Source: Candidatus Kapaibacterium sp.
GTDB taxonomy: Bacteria; Bacteroidota; Ignavibacteria; Kapaibacteriales; NICIL-2
Reading direction: 5' to 3'
DNA length: 64,000 nucleotides
Assembly (NCBI GenBank): GCA_026003475.1
Contig: BPHJ01000001.1
Span: forward strand, 1,737,281-1,801,280
Shown here: in pieces, positions 9,160 through 20,700 of the stretch
Layout of the letters: each line of letters begins with the position of its first letter
Numbering within the stretch: position 1 is the first letter of the stretch
Position numbers and translations under genes: made by a program
Notes under the pieces: generated by a model
The model's database searches: none
The model's input: the letters and a program-made list of their open reading frames with translations, nothing else
What the model was told of the DNA's origin: nothing

Positions 9160-10122
9160 TTATTGTTGCAACGGCAGCTCCTCCCAAGCACCCATGCGAG
9201 CAAACTTTGCATGGCGGCGGCGCACGCGTTCATCGGGGTCCATCCCCTGCAGTTGCCCCAGCTCTTCCAGCAGCACTTGCCGCATCGTCTGAAACATCGC
9301 CTCGGGGTCACGGTGTGCCCCACCGATGGGCTCGGGCACCACACGATCAACAATGCCGTGTCGCACTAAATCCTGTGCACAGAGTTGCAATGCTTCGGCC
9401 GCTTGCTCTTTGTAATCCCAGCTTCGCCAGAGGATGGACGAACACGACTCCGGAGCAATGACCGAATACCACGCATTCTCGAGCATCAAAATCCGATCAC
9501 CCACCCCAATACCCAGCGCACCACCAGAGGCACCTTCACCGATGATGACGACGATGATCGGAACGCGCAATCGCGCCATCACAAAGAGATTGCGTGCAAT
9601 TGCTTCGGCTTGGCCCCGCTCTTCCGCCTCGATGCCAGGAAACGCGCCCGGTGTATCCAGAAACGTAATGACCGGACGATTGAAGCGTTCTGCCAGCTCA
9701 AACAGCCGCCGGGCTTTGCGGTAGCCCTCCGGGTTCGGCATGCCGAAGTTGCGGTAGAGGTTCGATTTCGTATCGCGCCCTTTTTGGTGACCAACAGCAA
9801 CCACCTTGTGCTCACCGATACGCGCCAATCCACCGACGATAGCAGGATCATCTCGAAAGCACCGATCCCCGTGCAACTCTACAAAGTCTTCGAAGGCATG
9901 GGACAGGTAGTCGAGGGTGTAGGGACGTTGGGGATGCCGCGCCAACTGCACACGCTGCCACCGCGTCAACTTCGAGTAGATTTCCGAGCGCAATTCCTCG
10001 ATGCGCCGTTCCAAGTCGGCGATTTGTTCATCCAGATCGAGCGTGCCCGCCAGCGCACGCATCTCGGCAACCTTTTTCTCCAGCTCGACGATCGGTTTCT
10101 CAAAATCGAGGATGTAGCTCAT
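9160..10122 (-). CDS. accA: Acetyl-CoA carboxylase carboxyltransferase subunit alpha
   Basis: The N-terminus [18 protein letters not shown], plus [11 protein letters not shown] and [26 protein letters not shown], are typical AccA. The ATG at 10122 is preferred over the ORF-track start at 10161. Confidence 0.9.
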   Translation of the reverse strand: MSYILDFEKPIVELEKKVAEMRALAGTLDLDEQIADLERRIEELRSEIYSKLTRWQRVQLARHPQRPYTLDYLSHAFEDFVELHGDRCFRDDPAIVGGLARIGEHKVVAVGHQKGRDTKSNLYRNFGMPNPEGYRKARRLFELAERFNRPVITFLDTPGAFPGIEAEERGQAEAIARNLFVMARLRVPIIVVIIGEGASGGALGIGVGDRILMLENAWYSVIAPESCSSILWRSWDYKEQAAEALQLCAQDLVRHGIVDRVVPEPIGGAHRDPEAMFQTMRQVLLEELGQLQGMDPDERVRRRHAKFARMGAWEELPLQQ

Positions 10123-12076
10123 CGGTTGGGTTCTGTTTGTGTTGGTGAAAACTGCGGACAAGAATTTCCAGGTCGAGCGCTGGGCTGTACTCGGTCACAT
10201 AGTACTCGTTGAGTCGTGCGATGAGAGCATCCGTTCGCACCGATTCCGGCACCAGCAACGGCAAGCTCACCAAACCCTCGCGGATGCCGACATAATGCGA
10301 CGTCGCGCTCGGATGCAGACCAACGACTGATCGCTTGCCACACAAGACACTCCACCACCGCCGTCGCCACACTGCCAGTGACTGCCGGCGCAAAATTACG
10401 ACCACCCATCCGAGCACCAGCACCACACTTGCAATCACCAGATCAGCCAGCCGCTTGAGCAATCGGTAGCGCAGACGAAGCAATGGCGGCAGGACCAACC
10501 GCCGCACCCCCACATCTGCGATGATGCGCTGTGCGTGGAGGTCCACATCATCGTAGGCAAAGAAAAACCGCACCCGCCGCTGCGCCAATACCGACAGCGT
10601 TGCGATAACCTGGCTGCGCGGAATCGTTCGATCGGTCACGATCACTTCCGAGGCGGCGTACTGCTCAACCAAACGCGGCACGTAGTCCCAGTATCCGACG
10701 ATTGGGTAACCAACAAATGTTTCGTCCGCTGTTGGTTCAACAGCAACAACCCCAACGATCGAAACTGGTGCAGCATGCGATGCAAGCGCTTCGATGATCT
10801 GCCGCGATGCATCGGTTGTGCCCACAACCAATGCGCGGCGTTGCGTACCGCCAGCATACCCACGCTCCCGATACCGCATCAAGAACCGAACGGCACCCGA
10901 ACCAACCATCGAAAGCCCGACGGTCATCAACACAACACCCCGACTGAAGGCGTACTCCTTCCAGTAGTACGTCAGCGACGAGAGCACAAAAAACGCCGCC
11001 ATGTATCCCATCACGGCGTTGCGGACGCGGTAGGTGTACTCAAAGTACTCACCGACCGCAATCATGCTGGCAGCAACCACAACGCTGAGCACGATGAACA
11101 CTGTCGGATAGGCGTAGGATTGGAATGCAAAGGGACTGCCGAAGCGAACCGTGGTGGCAAGCAACAGCATGGCATTGGCCATCAGCAGATCAATCAGCAG
11201 CAGGAGGATTCCTTGCCGATACTGCGCCAGGTGTGCCACCAGCTCGCGGAAGCGAATGGCAGCACGCAGGACCAACAGGAACAAGCGATTCGAACCATAG
11301 TGCTTTCGCGCAAAGTGCACCATTGCTTCGTAGAACACCCGCACGTCGTTGATCCGGCTGCGACGGGTGCTCTCGCCCTTGAAATGCACGATGCGCGTGG
11401 TTGGAACGTAGGCGGTGCGATAGCCTGCTTTCAGCATGCGGTAGCACAGGTCCAAATCCTCGCCATACATGAAGTAGTCCGGATCGAATCCTCCGATAGC
11501 GCGTAGCTGCTCTGTTCGGCAGAACATGAATGCCCCCATGACAGCATCCACGTAGTACGTTTCGTCCGGACTGCGGAAGGATTGGTTGTACTGTGCGAAA
11601 AGGCGTGAGCGCGGGAAAAGAGCTTGCAAGCCGAACAGTTTCGTAAATGCTGCCCAGGGCGTCGGGAACCCTCGGCGGCACTGCGCTTGGAAGGTGCCAT
11701 CGGCGTTGAGCAGCTTGCAGCCGCAAATTCCTACCTCCGGATGTGCCTCCATGTAGTCGAGCATTGCTCCGATGGTATCCTCGGCAACAATCGTGTCGGG
11801 GTTCAGAATCAGCGTATAGCGTCCGCGGGCGCGTTCAATGCCGATGTTGTTGGCGCGACCAAAGCCAATGTTTTCGTCGAGCGCTACAAACTCCACCCAA
11901 GGGAACAGCGGCGCCAGCATCGAAACAGTGCCATCCTGCGAGGCATTGTCCACAACGATCACCTGCAACCGATGCATCTGCCGACATCGCTCGATGGATT
12001 CCAAGCACTGCCGCAGGTACTGCCGCACGTTGTAGCTGACGATGACGATCGTAACCTCTGGCGTGGTGACGTCCAT
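10100..12076 (-). CDS. Family 2 glycosyltransferase fused to a multi-TM, WbaP-like (degenerate phosphoglycosyltransferase) C-terminal half
   Basis: The GT2 N-terminus reads [14 protein letters not shown]...[10 protein letters not shown]...GFGRANNIG...ILNPDTIV. It is followed by 4-5 TM helices and a Rossmann-like [15 protein letters not shown] block. The tail ([22 protein letters not shown] ... [10 protein letters not shown] ... [19 protein letters not shown]) parallels a sugar-transferase domain. The ATG at 12076 follows the upstream stop at 12081. Confidence 0.75.
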   Translation of the reverse strand: MDVTTPEVTIVIVSYNVRQYLRQCLESIERCRQMHRLQVIVVDNASQDGTVSMLAPLFPWVEFVALDENIGFGRANNIGIERARGRYTLILNPDTIVAEDTIGAMLDYMEAHPEVGICGCKLLNADGTFQAQCRRGFPTPWAAFTKLFGLQALFPRSRLFAQYNQSFRSPDETYYVDAVMGAFMFCRTEQLRAIGGFDPDYFMYGEDLDLCYRMLKAGYRTAYVPTTRIVHFKGESTRRSRINDVRVFYEAMVHFARKHYGSNRLFLLVLRAAIRFRELVAHLAQYRQGILLLLIDLLMANAMLLLATTVRFGSPFAFQSYAYPTVFIVLSVVVAASMIAVGEYFEYTYRVRNAVMGYMAAFFVLSSLTYYWKEYAFSRGVVLMTVGLSMVGSGAVRFLMRYRERGYAGGTQRRALVVGTTDASRQIIEALASHAAPVSIVGVVAVEPTADETFVGYPIVGYWDYVPRLVEQYAASEVIVTDRTIPRSQVIATLSVLAQRRVRFFFAYDDVDLHAQRIIADVGVRRLVLPPLLRLRYRLLKRLADLVIASVVLVLGWVVVILRRQSLAVWRRRWWSVLCGKRSVVGLHPSATSHYVGIREGLVSLPLLVPESVRTDALIARLNEYYVTEYSPALDLEILVRSFHQHKQNPTDELHPRF

Positions 12077-12080
12077 GGCA

Positions 12081-12803
12081 CTACAGCTTGCCAAGAAGTG
12101 CCAACAACTTGAGTTTCCACACAATCCAGGCTGCCTCGTAGATGATCGAGCGGCTCATTTTCGAGACTCCATCGGTTCGATCCACAAACACGATGCTGAT
12201 TTCCTCGATGCGAGCACCCAATCGCCAGGCGCGGAAGTTCATCTCAATCTGGAAAGCATAGCCATTCGAGTGAATGGCACGCAGATCAATGCGGCGCAGG
12301 AGGTCTGCGCGGAACGCTTTGAATCCACCTGTTGCATCGTTGATCGGCATGCCTGTGACAAGGCGTGTGTACCAGTTTGCCGCATAACTCAGCAGCAAGC
12401 GGCTCATCGGCCAGTTGACCACATTGACGCCGCTCACGTACCGCGAGCCAATAGCAAGGTCAGCGCCGGCATCCAAGGCAGCCACTAATCGGGGCAAGTC
12501 GTCGGGGTTATGGGAAAAATCAGCATCCATCTGGCAAATCACCTGGTAGTCCCGCTCCAACGCCCACAGAAAGCCCGCGCAGTACGCCGTCCCCAGCCCC
12601 ATCTTGCGCGGACGCTCCAGTAACGCCACCTGCCGATCGCTTGCCATCAATTCCCGCACACACGCAGCGGTTCCGTCCGGTGAATTATCGTCCACAATCA
12701 AAATATCCATCGTCGGCACTGCGCGATGGATCGCGCTAATGAGCCGCTCGATGTTCGGACGCTCATTGTAGGTGGGAATGACGACAATTGCTCGATGGTT
12801 CAT
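12081..12803 (-). CDS. Polyprenol-phosphate mannosyl/glycosyl transferase (DPM1-like GT2)
   Basis: IVVIPTYNERPNIERLI...ILIVDDNSPDGT...QMDADFSHNPDDLPRL is the classic dolichol-P-mannose-synthase-like pattern. Confidence 0.85.
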   Translation of the reverse strand: MNHRAIVVIPTYNERPNIERLISAIHRAVPTMDILIVDDNSPDGTAACVRELMASDRQVALLERPRKMGLGTAYCAGFLWALERDYQVICQMDADFSHNPDDLPRLVAALDAGADLAIGSRYVSGVNVVNWPMSRLLLSYAANWYTRLVTGMPINDATGGFKAFRADLLRRIDLRAIHSNGYAFQIEMNFRAWRLGARIEEISIVFVDRTDGVSKMSRSIIYEAAWIVWKLKLLALLGKL

Positions 12804-12812
12804 CGCCGCCCT

Positions 12813-14294
12813 CTACGCAATGCCGCGTCCGCTCAGCATCACCACAACCGTCCGCACCATGATCTCGATATCCAACCGCAACGACATGTTCTCGATGTAG
12901 TAGAAGTCGTAGTGGAGTCGCGAACGGATTTCTTGCACCAACTCTGGATGGAGCCCCCGCTGGCGCTGCACTTGCCACCAACCGGTTACGCCCGGACGCA
13001 CCACATGCCGGCGGTTGTAGTAGGGCACACTGCGCACGATGTTTTCGACAACCTCTACCTGCTCGGGACGCGGACCAACAAGGCTCATATCCCCTTTGAG
13101 GACGTTCCAGAGCTGCGGGACTTCGTCCAGGTGGGTGCGGCGGAGATAATACCCGACCCGTGTGACGCGAGGATCGTTGAACTGCGTCCACGTGGCGCCC
13201 CACTGACCACCCTGCGTCATCGAACGGAATTTGTACAACTTGAACGGACGATTGCCTCTGCCGACGCGGTATTGGGTGTAGAGTACCGGACCGGGAGAAT
13301 CGAGCTTGATCGCCAACGCGATGAGCAACCACAGCGGCAAGCCTACCAGCAGCACCACCGCACTGACCGCAATATCCATGGCTCGCTTCAGGAGCGCCTG
13401 CCACGGCTTGAGCAAGCGCGGCGATACTTCGATGAGAGGTACGCCGTAGAGCGACAACGCCCGCACCGTCCCCATGACAACATGGTACAGGTCTGGCACG
13501 ATCATGACCTGTGTTCCCCGTTCGGTGGCAGCGTTGACCAACGCCAGAATCCGATCGTGGTCAGCGCGCCCAAAGGCAACGATGCAAACCGATGGCTCCA
13601 AGCGAGCAAGAATGCTGCTCAGCTCTTCGAGCGATCCGAGGATCGGTACTTCTGAGCCAAGAGCATGGTCATCGCAAATAGCGCCAATGATTGCATACCC
13701 ATAGGCTGCATGGCGATTAGAATGGGCAAGGAAATCGGCAATTCCCTCGGCATCGCCAACCAAGACACTTGGGAACGTGATGATTCCCTCCGCCCGCAGA
13801 CGCAGTTGAATCCGACGCGCCCCATAGCGCAGCGCAACGACCGTTACACCGACGAGCGCGGTGTAGGCAATGAGCTTCGAACTAAGCCAGCCACTATCGA
13901 GCAGCATGGCGACCATTGGGATTGCTCCACCAACGGCAACTGCTTTGAGCACGGCGAACGCCTCGTCGAACGGAGAGCGGACCAGCCAATTGCGGTAGAG
14001 TCCGGCCAGCCAGAAGAGCCCGATCCAGTACACCACCGCTGCACCGAGGACACTCCAGAAAAATTCCGGTGTGCGGATAGCTGGATGGAACGTGCTCTCG
14101 CGCAATCGGAGCAGGTAGAATACCGCCATCGTCGAGACAACCGCCACCACGTCAGCGCCGAGCTGGAACAAGACAGGGCTTGCTTTTGCCAGCCGTAGTC
14201 GGAGCGGCCGCTCTCGTGGTTGGTCGAACCGGCCGAGCACTGGCTCGATGAGCGTGGTCGTCGGTTGGTGGAAGTGTTCTGCTGCCGGCATCAC
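12813..14294 (-). CDS. Exopolysaccharide polyprenyl glycosylphosphotransferase (WbaP-like sugar transferase)
   Basis: N-terminal TM helices, a central Rossmann-like block, and a complete sugar-transferase domain. The domain reads [22 protein letters not shown]...[28 protein letters not shown]...[22 protein letters not shown]...[13 protein letters not shown] at 14294 (or ATG at 14291) overlaps the wza-like stop. Confidence 0.85.
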   Translation of the reverse strand: MMPAAEHFHQPTTTLIEPVLGRFDQPRERPLRLRLAKASPVLFQLGADVVAVVSTMAVFYLLRLRESTFHPAIRTPEFFWSVLGAAVVYWIGLFWLAGLYRNWLVRSPFDEAFAVLKAVAVGGAIPMVAMLLDSGWLSSKLIAYTALVGVTVVALRYGARRIQLRLRAEGIITFPSVLVGDAEGIADFLAHSNRHAAYGYAIIGAICDDHALGSEVPILGSLEELSSILARLEPSVCIVAFGRADHDRILALVNAATERGTQVMIVPDLYHVVMGTVRALSLYGVPLIEVSPRLLKPWQALLKRAMDIAVSAVVLLVGLPLWLLIALAIKLDSPGPVLYTQYRVGRGNRPFKLYKFRSMTQGGQWGATWTQFNDPRVTRVGYYLRRTHLDEVPQLWNVLKGDMSLVGPRPEQVEVVENIVRSVPYYNRRHVVRPGVTGWWQVQRQRGLHPELVQEIRSRLHYDFYYIENMSLRLDIEIMVRTVVVMLSGRGIA

Positions 14295-16033
14295 CTGTTG
14301 CGCAAGAAGTTGACCAGCGACAAAACCGAAAATACGAGCCCTGCCAGCCCGCCAGCAATCCCAATGTAGGCACTCAACCGCTGAACTTGTGCGCCGATAG
14401 GCTCGTCGGGTGGATGGGGAACGTAAATGCGATCGCCCGGTTCGATCATGGTTTCGTCAATCGGTGCCCATACCCCACTACGACCTTTGATGACGCGCTC
14501 ACGCCCGCGGTCGGCAAGACCGGTGCGGCCGCCAGCACGAGCGATGTAGTACTCGGCATCTTTGCCAGGATGGTATTCAACAAACCCGGCTTTGTTGACC
14601 TGCCCATAGACAAAGACCACTCGCGGCGATGGCGGCACAACGATAACGTCGCCATCGGCAAGCACGACGTTATCCTCAGAGCTATTCTGCTCGAAGCACG
14701 CCCGAAAATCACAGGCAACCAATGGACGCCGTGCCAGCTCATCGACGAAATAGCGCAGGGTATCTTCAGGCAAGAGGTTTGTGTATTGGAGCCGCCGCAT
14801 GCGCTCAATGTAGGGGTTGGGTGGAAGGAAACTACCGCCGGCTTGATCTGGCTCTCGGCGCAGGATATAGGCAAGCGACAGCGCTGCTCGTTCGGTAAAA
14901 CCACCAGCTTCCTCGATGACCTCCCGCAGACGCGTTTGCCACTGCACGATGGGATAGGCACCCGGTCGGCGCACCTCGCCGATGATGCGGACGCTGCCCG
15001 TCGTCGTTGGTTCTGGACGCAGACGTTCGACGACCACCACCGCACCTGGCTCGAGCGGCACATCCTCCGAGAGCAAATTCATTTGTGCATCAGCGCGCAC
15101 TTGCAGCCGCTTCCCCCCTTGCACAAGCCAGATTGTGCCACTTTCAGGAAGAAGTGCTCCGCCCAGCTTGAGCAAAAACGAAAGCCGATCTCCCTGCCGA
15201 TACACCGTCGTGCGTGGTCGTGCAACGGCTCCTTGGATGGTGATGCGCGGCAGTTCGACTTGCTCTCGTGGCACCACCACGACATCGCCTTCCCGAAGGT
15301 ACGGATTGCCCGCACCGCTGGGATCAAGGAGCGCCTGTTCCCCATCCACAATGCTGGTAGTGCCATCCCCGTGACGAACCATGATCGAACGTAACGAGCT
15401 CGGCGGCAAAAACTCGTAGTCTCGCCACAGGAGCTGTTCATCCCGTGTGAGATCCCCAATTTGACCAAACGATCGCTGGACCGCACGTTGGATCTCCGGT
15501 TCGGTCCGTTGTTGCGCGGTGCCTTGCATAGCAAGCCGCAGCAAGGTCATCAGCCGCATGGACGCAGGCACGGGATACACACCAGGGAAAAGCACATTCC
15601 CTTGGACCGTCACATACACTGTCCGTGGACGCCGCAAGCCCACGTAGACTGGGATAAGTGGCGTCCGCTGACGATAGAGCGCAACAATGGTATCGCGTAC
15701 CTGCTCGAGCGTTTTGCCCGCAACCGAAATCATTCCGATCCGCGGAACGACCAGTAGGTTTTCCGGGCTGACGACGGCATACTCTTCCAGCGCAGCCGCA
15801 TCGAGCTTCTGAATGACCAGGACATCTCCCGGACCAATGGCATACTGAGACGCAACGACGACATTATCGCTTGGTGTTGGCTCGCTTCGCAGGGGGGATT
15901 CCTGCTGTTGACGCGATTGCTGCGGTCCAATCGGGCCGACGTCGGTTGTCGTCGGAAAGCCTGCTACTTGTGCTGCCAGCCGATAGCAGGCAACACACAC
16001 AACGCACAGGACACGGACGAGGGAAATTTTCAC
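14291..16033 (-). CDS. Polysaccharide export protein (Wza-like; Poly_export plus multiple SLBB-like domains)
   Basis: An in-frame GTG at 16033 gives a signal-like N-terminus, VKISLVRVLCVVCVACYRLAAQ. It carries the Poly_export motif YAIGPGDVLVIQ and repeated G.V..PG.Y SLBB-type units. The upstream 142 codons of the ORF-track ORF overlap wecB and look non-coding. Confidence 0.75.
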   Translation of the reverse strand: MKISLVRVLCVVCVACYRLAAQVAGFPTTTDVGPIGPQQSRQQQESPLRSEPTPSDNVVVASQYAIGPGDVLVIQKLDAAALEEYAVVSPENLLVVPRIGMISVAGKTLEQVRDTIVALYRQRTPLIPVYVGLRRPRTVYVTVQGNVLFPGVYPVPASMRLMTLLRLAMQGTAQQRTEPEIQRAVQRSFGQIGDLTRDEQLLWRDYEFLPPSSLRSIMVRHGDGTTSIVDGEQALLDPSGAGNPYLREGDVVVVPREQVELPRITIQGAVARPRTTVYRQGDRLSFLLKLGGALLPESGTIWLVQGGKRLQVRADAQMNLLSEDVPLEPGAVVVVERLRPEPTTTGSVRIIGEVRRPGAYPIVQWQTRLREVIEEAGGFTERAALSLAYILRREPDQAGGSFLPPNPYIERMRRLQYTNLLPEDTLRYFVDELARRPLVACDFRACFEQNSSEDNVVLADGDVIVVPPSPRVVFVYGQVNKAGFVEYHPGKDAEYYIARAGGRTGLADRGRERVIKGRSGVWAPIDETMIEPGDRIYVPHPPDEPIGAQVQRLSAYIGIAGGLAGLVFSVLSLVNFLRNR

Positions 16034-16106
16034 TGAACGGCTGGAGTGGTCCAACACATCGAGAGCGCGCAAAAATACTCCTGCTTTAGCGGCGGGGTAG
16101 AGCCGA

Positions 16107-17228
16107 TCACGGCGAAACGCCAAGGATCTGCTCGGCAATGATACGGGCGATTCGCTCGGCAGCATGCCCATCCCACAGCGGTGGAATGCACCGATCCTGG
16201 CGTGGGTTCTGGAGGACGCGCTCAATGGCGGCGCTGATCCGCTCCCGCTCGGGTGGCACGAGGACATTGGTTCCGCATTCGAGAGTAACCGGACGTTCGG
16301 TTGTGGTACGGAGCGTGATGCACGGGACGCCGAGCACGGTTGTTTCCTCCTGAATTCCACCGGAATCGGTGAGCACCAACGCTGCACTACGCACCAGCGC
16401 CATAAAATGCACGTACCGTTGCGGCTCCAGCAGATGCAGCTTGCGCGCACGCTCGGCATGGGGCTGCAACCGATAATGCTCGATCATGTGCCGTGTGCGC
16501 GGGTGAATGGGGAACACCACTGGCATCTGCTCAGCAAGCTCAGTAAGGACATCGAGCAGCATGGTCAGTTGGTGGCGGTCGTCCACGTTGCTGGGACGAT
16601 GCAGCGTCACGACAGCATAGCCTCCGCGCTCAAGTCCGAGTTCCTCCACGATGGGGCACTGCTCGATACGCGGCATCGCTGCCAGTAGCGAATCAATCAT
16701 CGTGTTGCCGACAAAGAAAACGCGTTCGGACGGAACACCTTCGCGACGGAGATTTTCGACGCCACTGTGTTCGGTGCAGAAATGCCAATGGCAGATTGCA
16801 TCGGTTGCAATGCGGTTGATTTCTTCGGGCATGGTGCGGTCGAAGCTGCGCAATCCAGCCTCGACGTGAGCTGTCTCAATCCCGAGCTTGACCGCCGTCA
16901 GTGTGCAGGCAACCGTCGAGTTGACGTCCCCGACGACGATGACCAGATCAGGACCCCACTCGCGGCAGACGGGTTCGAAGGCGAGCATGATGCGCGCGGT
17001 CTGTTCGGCATGAGAGCCGCTCCCCACGCCTAAGTAAAACGCTGGAGCGGGAAGGTCCAGGTCCTCGAAAAAAGCTTGGCTCATGGCATAGTCGTAGTGT
17101 TGCCCTGTGTGGCAGATGGCGTGCTCGAGATGATCGGCATAGGCACCAAGTGCCCGTGCAATGGGTGCGACCTTCATAAAGTTTGGGCGAGCACCAACGA
17201 TGGAGAGAATGCGCCGTTTCATCGTCAT
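16107..17228 (-). CDS. wecB: UDP-N-acetylglucosamine 2-epimerase (non-hydrolysing)
   Basis: ILSIVGARPNFMKVAPIARAL, VVGDVNSTVACTLTAVKLGI, VEAGLRSFDRTMPEEINR and TDSGGIQEE are characteristic. The ATG at 17228 forms an ATGA overlap with the upstream stop. An alternative ATG lies at 17222. Confidence 0.9.
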   Translation of the reverse strand: MTMKRRILSIVGARPNFMKVAPIARALGAYADHLEHAICHTGQHYDYAMSQAFFEDLDLPAPAFYLGVGSGSHAEQTARIMLAFEPVCREWGPDLVIVVGDVNSTVACTLTAVKLGIETAHVEAGLRSFDRTMPEEINRIATDAICHWHFCTEHSGVENLRREGVPSERVFFVGNTMIDSLLAAMPRIEQCPIVEELGLERGGYAVVTLHRPSNVDDRHQLTMLLDVLTELAEQMPVVFPIHPRTRHMIEHYRLQPHAERARKLHLLEPQRYVHFMALVRSAALVLTDSGGIQEETTVLGVPCITLRTTTERPVTLECGTNVLVPPERERISAAIERVLQNPRQDRCIPPLWDGHAAERIARIIAEQILGVSP

Positions 17229-17782
17229 TGATCCCACCGATAGAACAACCCAACACGGAACGGCAATAGCAGCCCAAGGCCATCGCCGGTGAGACACTCC
17301 ACCTCGGCATGCCAATCAATGGCCGACGTAATGCGACCCTGGACACCGAGAGCCCAGAAGGCAACCATTGCTCGTGCCGGCTGCCACGTAAGAGCAGTAT
17401 CGCCGTTCGACGCATGCGTGTATCGCTGTCCCAGTGAAAGCCCCGTTCCCAAGCGCAGCGACGGCGTCAGCGCTGCATGCTGGCTTGCCAGCCACACTAG
17501 CGATAGTCGCAGAACCCAACCGCGGTAGTCGTCGAGAAGCGATGCGCCCGACCAGCTCGGGCGAACCGACTCAGCGCTCAGAGCAAGTTGCACTGGCACC
17601 TCGAATAGTGGTGCAGCCGATGGCAGCACGACCCGCGATTCAATCGCCGCGCTTGCACCCCGCCAGATTCCGTCGTTGAACAGGTGTGTTGCGCGCGGTG
17701 CTGTCGCTCCCCACACACCGAGCAGCACTTGCGCCTGCATACCAAGGCTTGCCACAACGAGGACAACCATTCCCCGCATCAC
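17225..17782 (-). CDS. Small hypothetical outer-membrane beta-barrel-like protein
   Basis: Signal-like N-terminus MMRGMVVLVVASLGMQAQ. 185 aa of alternating beta-strand pattern ending in an aromatic-rich tail (RVGLFYRWDQ). ATGA overlaps at both ends (17779-17782 and 17225-17228). Confidence 0.5.
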   Translation of the reverse strand: MMRGMVVLVVASLGMQAQVLLGVWGATAPRATHLFNDGIWRGASAAIESRVVLPSAAPLFEVPVQLALSAESVRPSWSGASLLDDYRGWVLRLSLVWLASQHAALTPSLRLGTGLSLGQRYTHASNGDTALTWQPARAMVAFWALGVQGRITSAIDWHAEVECLTGDGLGLLLPFRVGLFYRWDQ

Positions 17783-20700
17783 TTGTTCCGTCTCCGCTGG
17801 AGCTGTTCCATGTAGCGCTCGATGAGCTGCTCGTAGTCTTTGGTGTAGCCGAGCTGCCAGGTACGCAGAATGTCACGGTAGCGCTGGAGCCGTTCGAGTG
17901 CTTTCAGGCGCAACTCCGAGGGACTTTGCCGAACGACATCCTCGCCGGGTCGAGACTCACGCGTTTTTTCGTAGTCGCGTTCGTGCATGGAGCGCGATGC
18001 GTCCAGCAAGCGGGATAGAATCCGTTCCATTCGTCGCTGGGTTTCGGGTGTGACCGTGCCGCTCTGCATGTCGGCAAGGACTTCCTTCATGTCCTGCGTG
18101 ATGCGGTCCAGATCACCGAGTGCTTTGCGTTTGCCGAGGGCTTCTTTTTCCTCGCGGGCAAGTTCCTCGATGGATTTCATGACGCGCCCTTGCTGGGCAG
18201 CGATGCGTCCGAGTTGTTCGCGCTGGTCCTGGGTGAGTTCCCCATTGGCGCCGAGCTGTTGCATCGCATTGTTGATTTGCTGCTGCATGCCGGCGGCTTC
18301 CATCAAGCGTTGCATAAAGCTGGCGCCGGGCTGCATACCGCCGGGGCGCATTTGGGAGCTTTCGCCTTCGCCTTCACCTTCACCGGGATTGTTCCCGTTC
18401 ATCTGTTCGAGCATTGCTTGCATTTGGTTCATGGCTTGGTTCATCGCGCCCATTGCCGATTGTTGCATCTGGCAGGCACCGTAGTTATTGCGTTGCTCGA
18501 GCGAGGACTGCGCCTCCTGCATTTTGCGCAGTGCTTGTCCGAGTTGGCGCGCCATCTCGGGCGTAATCGCTGGGGTGCGCTGGGCAAGTGCGTCGAGTCG
18601 TCGGGCAAGGTTCATCAATTGCTCGCGGAGCTGCTGTTGCCGCTGCATGGTACGGTTCATCATCGCAGAATTGGGATCGAGCTGTTGGGTTTGCTCGGCA
18701 AGCCGCTCTTGTTCTTTCGACAGCTCGGCAAGGTCCTGCAATGCCTGCTGCATCTGGCGAGCGATCTGACGCATCTCGTTTGCGCGCATCTCTTGACGGG
18801 CACGTTTGATCGCCTCGGCAAAGCGTTGCATGCGCTCGGCAGACCGTTGCATCCGCTGGCGGGCACGGTCGAAGTTGCCCTGCTCCAGATCAGAACTGCT
18901 CTGCTCCATCGAACGCTCGGACTGTTCCTGCTGCAATTGCTCGGCTGCTTGGCGGAGCTGCTCCTGGACGTTCTTCTGCTGGTCGAGCCGCGCCTCCTGC
19001 GCTAATTGTTGAAGCTGGCGAAACTCTTCCTGGAGTTCCTGCTGCTGACGGGCTAACTCTTGCTGCTGGCGGGCAAGTTCCTGCCGGGCCTCTTTGTCGT
19101 TGGGATTGGTGTTCTCGGCTTGCCGCTCGAGCTGCTGTTGCTGCTGTTCGAGCTGCTCGGCGCGACGCTGTAGCTCGTCCATTTTCTGCTGGGCTTGGAT
19201 GCGCTTGAGCAATGCAATCGAGCGCTCGATGTTCTTGCGCAGTTGCTCTTCGTCGAAGTGGAAATTGCGCATGGCACGCTCGATATCCTGCGGCGTTAGT
19301 TGTTTGAGGGCGCGTTGCATTTCCTCCATGGCGCGCCGAAGCTCGTCGGAGTTGACTTCCTGCAAGAGTTTCTGCAGCTCCATGTACTTCTGGAGCGTCT
19401 CGGGCGAGAGCACACGATTCTCGTTGAGCAGCTTCGTCATCTCCTGGAGTTGCTGCTGTGCCTGCTGGAGCTTTTGCTGAAGTTGCTCTTGCTGGCGGAG
19501 CGCATTTTCTAAGGACTTTTCCGTCTGCCACGATGGCTGCTGCTGCTTGAGCAGGTCGCGGTGGAGTTCATCCATCGAGCGCGCCAGCTCCTCGGCTTTG
19601 CGCTTGACTTCTTCCAGTTGGCGTTCGGTCTGCTGCTGTGCCTGTTGGGCTTGGCGGAAAACTTCCTCCAGCGACGGAAGCCGAACGCGTAGCGTTGCCG
19701 TGCGTGCGCTCTTGGGACCGGAGACAACGTCGTTGTCGAACACCTCCAGGTAGAGCTCGTACTTGTCTTGGGGTGAGATGCCCAAGAGGTTCAGATTCCA
19801 GGTGTAGGGTACCTCGAGCGTACCTCCACCTGGTTCGAGCGACGGAAGAGGAATATCAGTGGTGCGCCACTGCGATTCGGGAAGTGCAAAACGCGATTCG
19901 ACTAAACGGCTTTTGAGGACAAGCCGCGAAAAACCGTAGTCATCGCTCATACTAACGCGCAGCGGCAATAGCGCATCGCGTCCGACGGTTGCATCCCCGC
20001 GTGGTTCGATCAGGGTAATCGTCGGGGAGGCATCTTGTTCGACGCGAAGCGTGTAGCGAAGGGGGTCGGGTGTGATTCTGCCCTGCGCATCGCGAAGGAC
20101 GATCCACCAGATGCTGCTGCGCTGAAGCACAAAGCGTCCCTCTGCTTGACTGCCAGCCGTCCGGAGCTGAACGCGAAGCGTATCACTGGCAGTGGTGCTA
20201 TCGCCAAGCGGCACCATGACAAGCTCGGCAGTAGCGATGTCCTTATTCGCCGTCAGTCGAATGGTTGCCGTTGAGCCGCGCAGTGCGACGACGTCGGCGT
20301 TGGTTTCGTCATACAGGAGTGGTGGGCGCTGTGCGTAGCGCGGCTGCTCAACGCGCAGTTGAAAGGCGCGAACCATAGGATAGTCGCTGACCACAATGCG
20401 CCCCTGGTTCGAGCGTACCTCTTGGTCGTACCACGAGGCGGCAGCAAAAAATTCGATGCTGTTTTTGAGCGCTCCCAGATCGAGCCTATAGCGATTGGGC
20501 GCTTCCTGGCGCAGCGGATAGGGTTCGGCACGGCCCTCTTCTTTCGAGGCCGACCACTCCGGAACATTGCGAATGTAGAGCTTCAGATCCGCTGGCACGA
20601 TACCCTCGACGGTAACGGTGATCGTGGCTGGTGTGTTCCGCAGCACATCAGCCGAGCGTGGTTCAACATGGAGCACAAACGGTGGCGGCGGAATAAATCG

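Noticed and set aside
8808-9461. 217-aa and 104-aa plus-strand ORFs spanning the accA-proximal spacer
   Set aside because: They run antisense into accA, are Cys/Arg/His/Pro-rich, and have no start context or Shine-Dalgarno. The spacer is better treated as non-coding (see the finding for 8881-9159).
16034-16459. 142-codon N-terminal extension of the wza-like ORF (and similar extensions at 33645..34739, 35374..36759, 21271..22203, 37981..38283, 45166..45360)
   Set aside because: The extensions overlap the preceding, well-supported genes and have Arg/Ser/Pro/Cys-rich nonsense-like composition. Internal starts give proper signal peptides or family-typical N-termini, and they abut the upstream stop codons.
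18234-19629. Repetitive CTGCTG/CAGCAG-rich DNA, considered as a tandem repeat array or CRISPR-like element
   Set aside because: It is in frame within a continuous 1161-codon ORF and encodes a Q/E-rich coiled coil. The units are imperfect and there are no spacer-like unique inserts.
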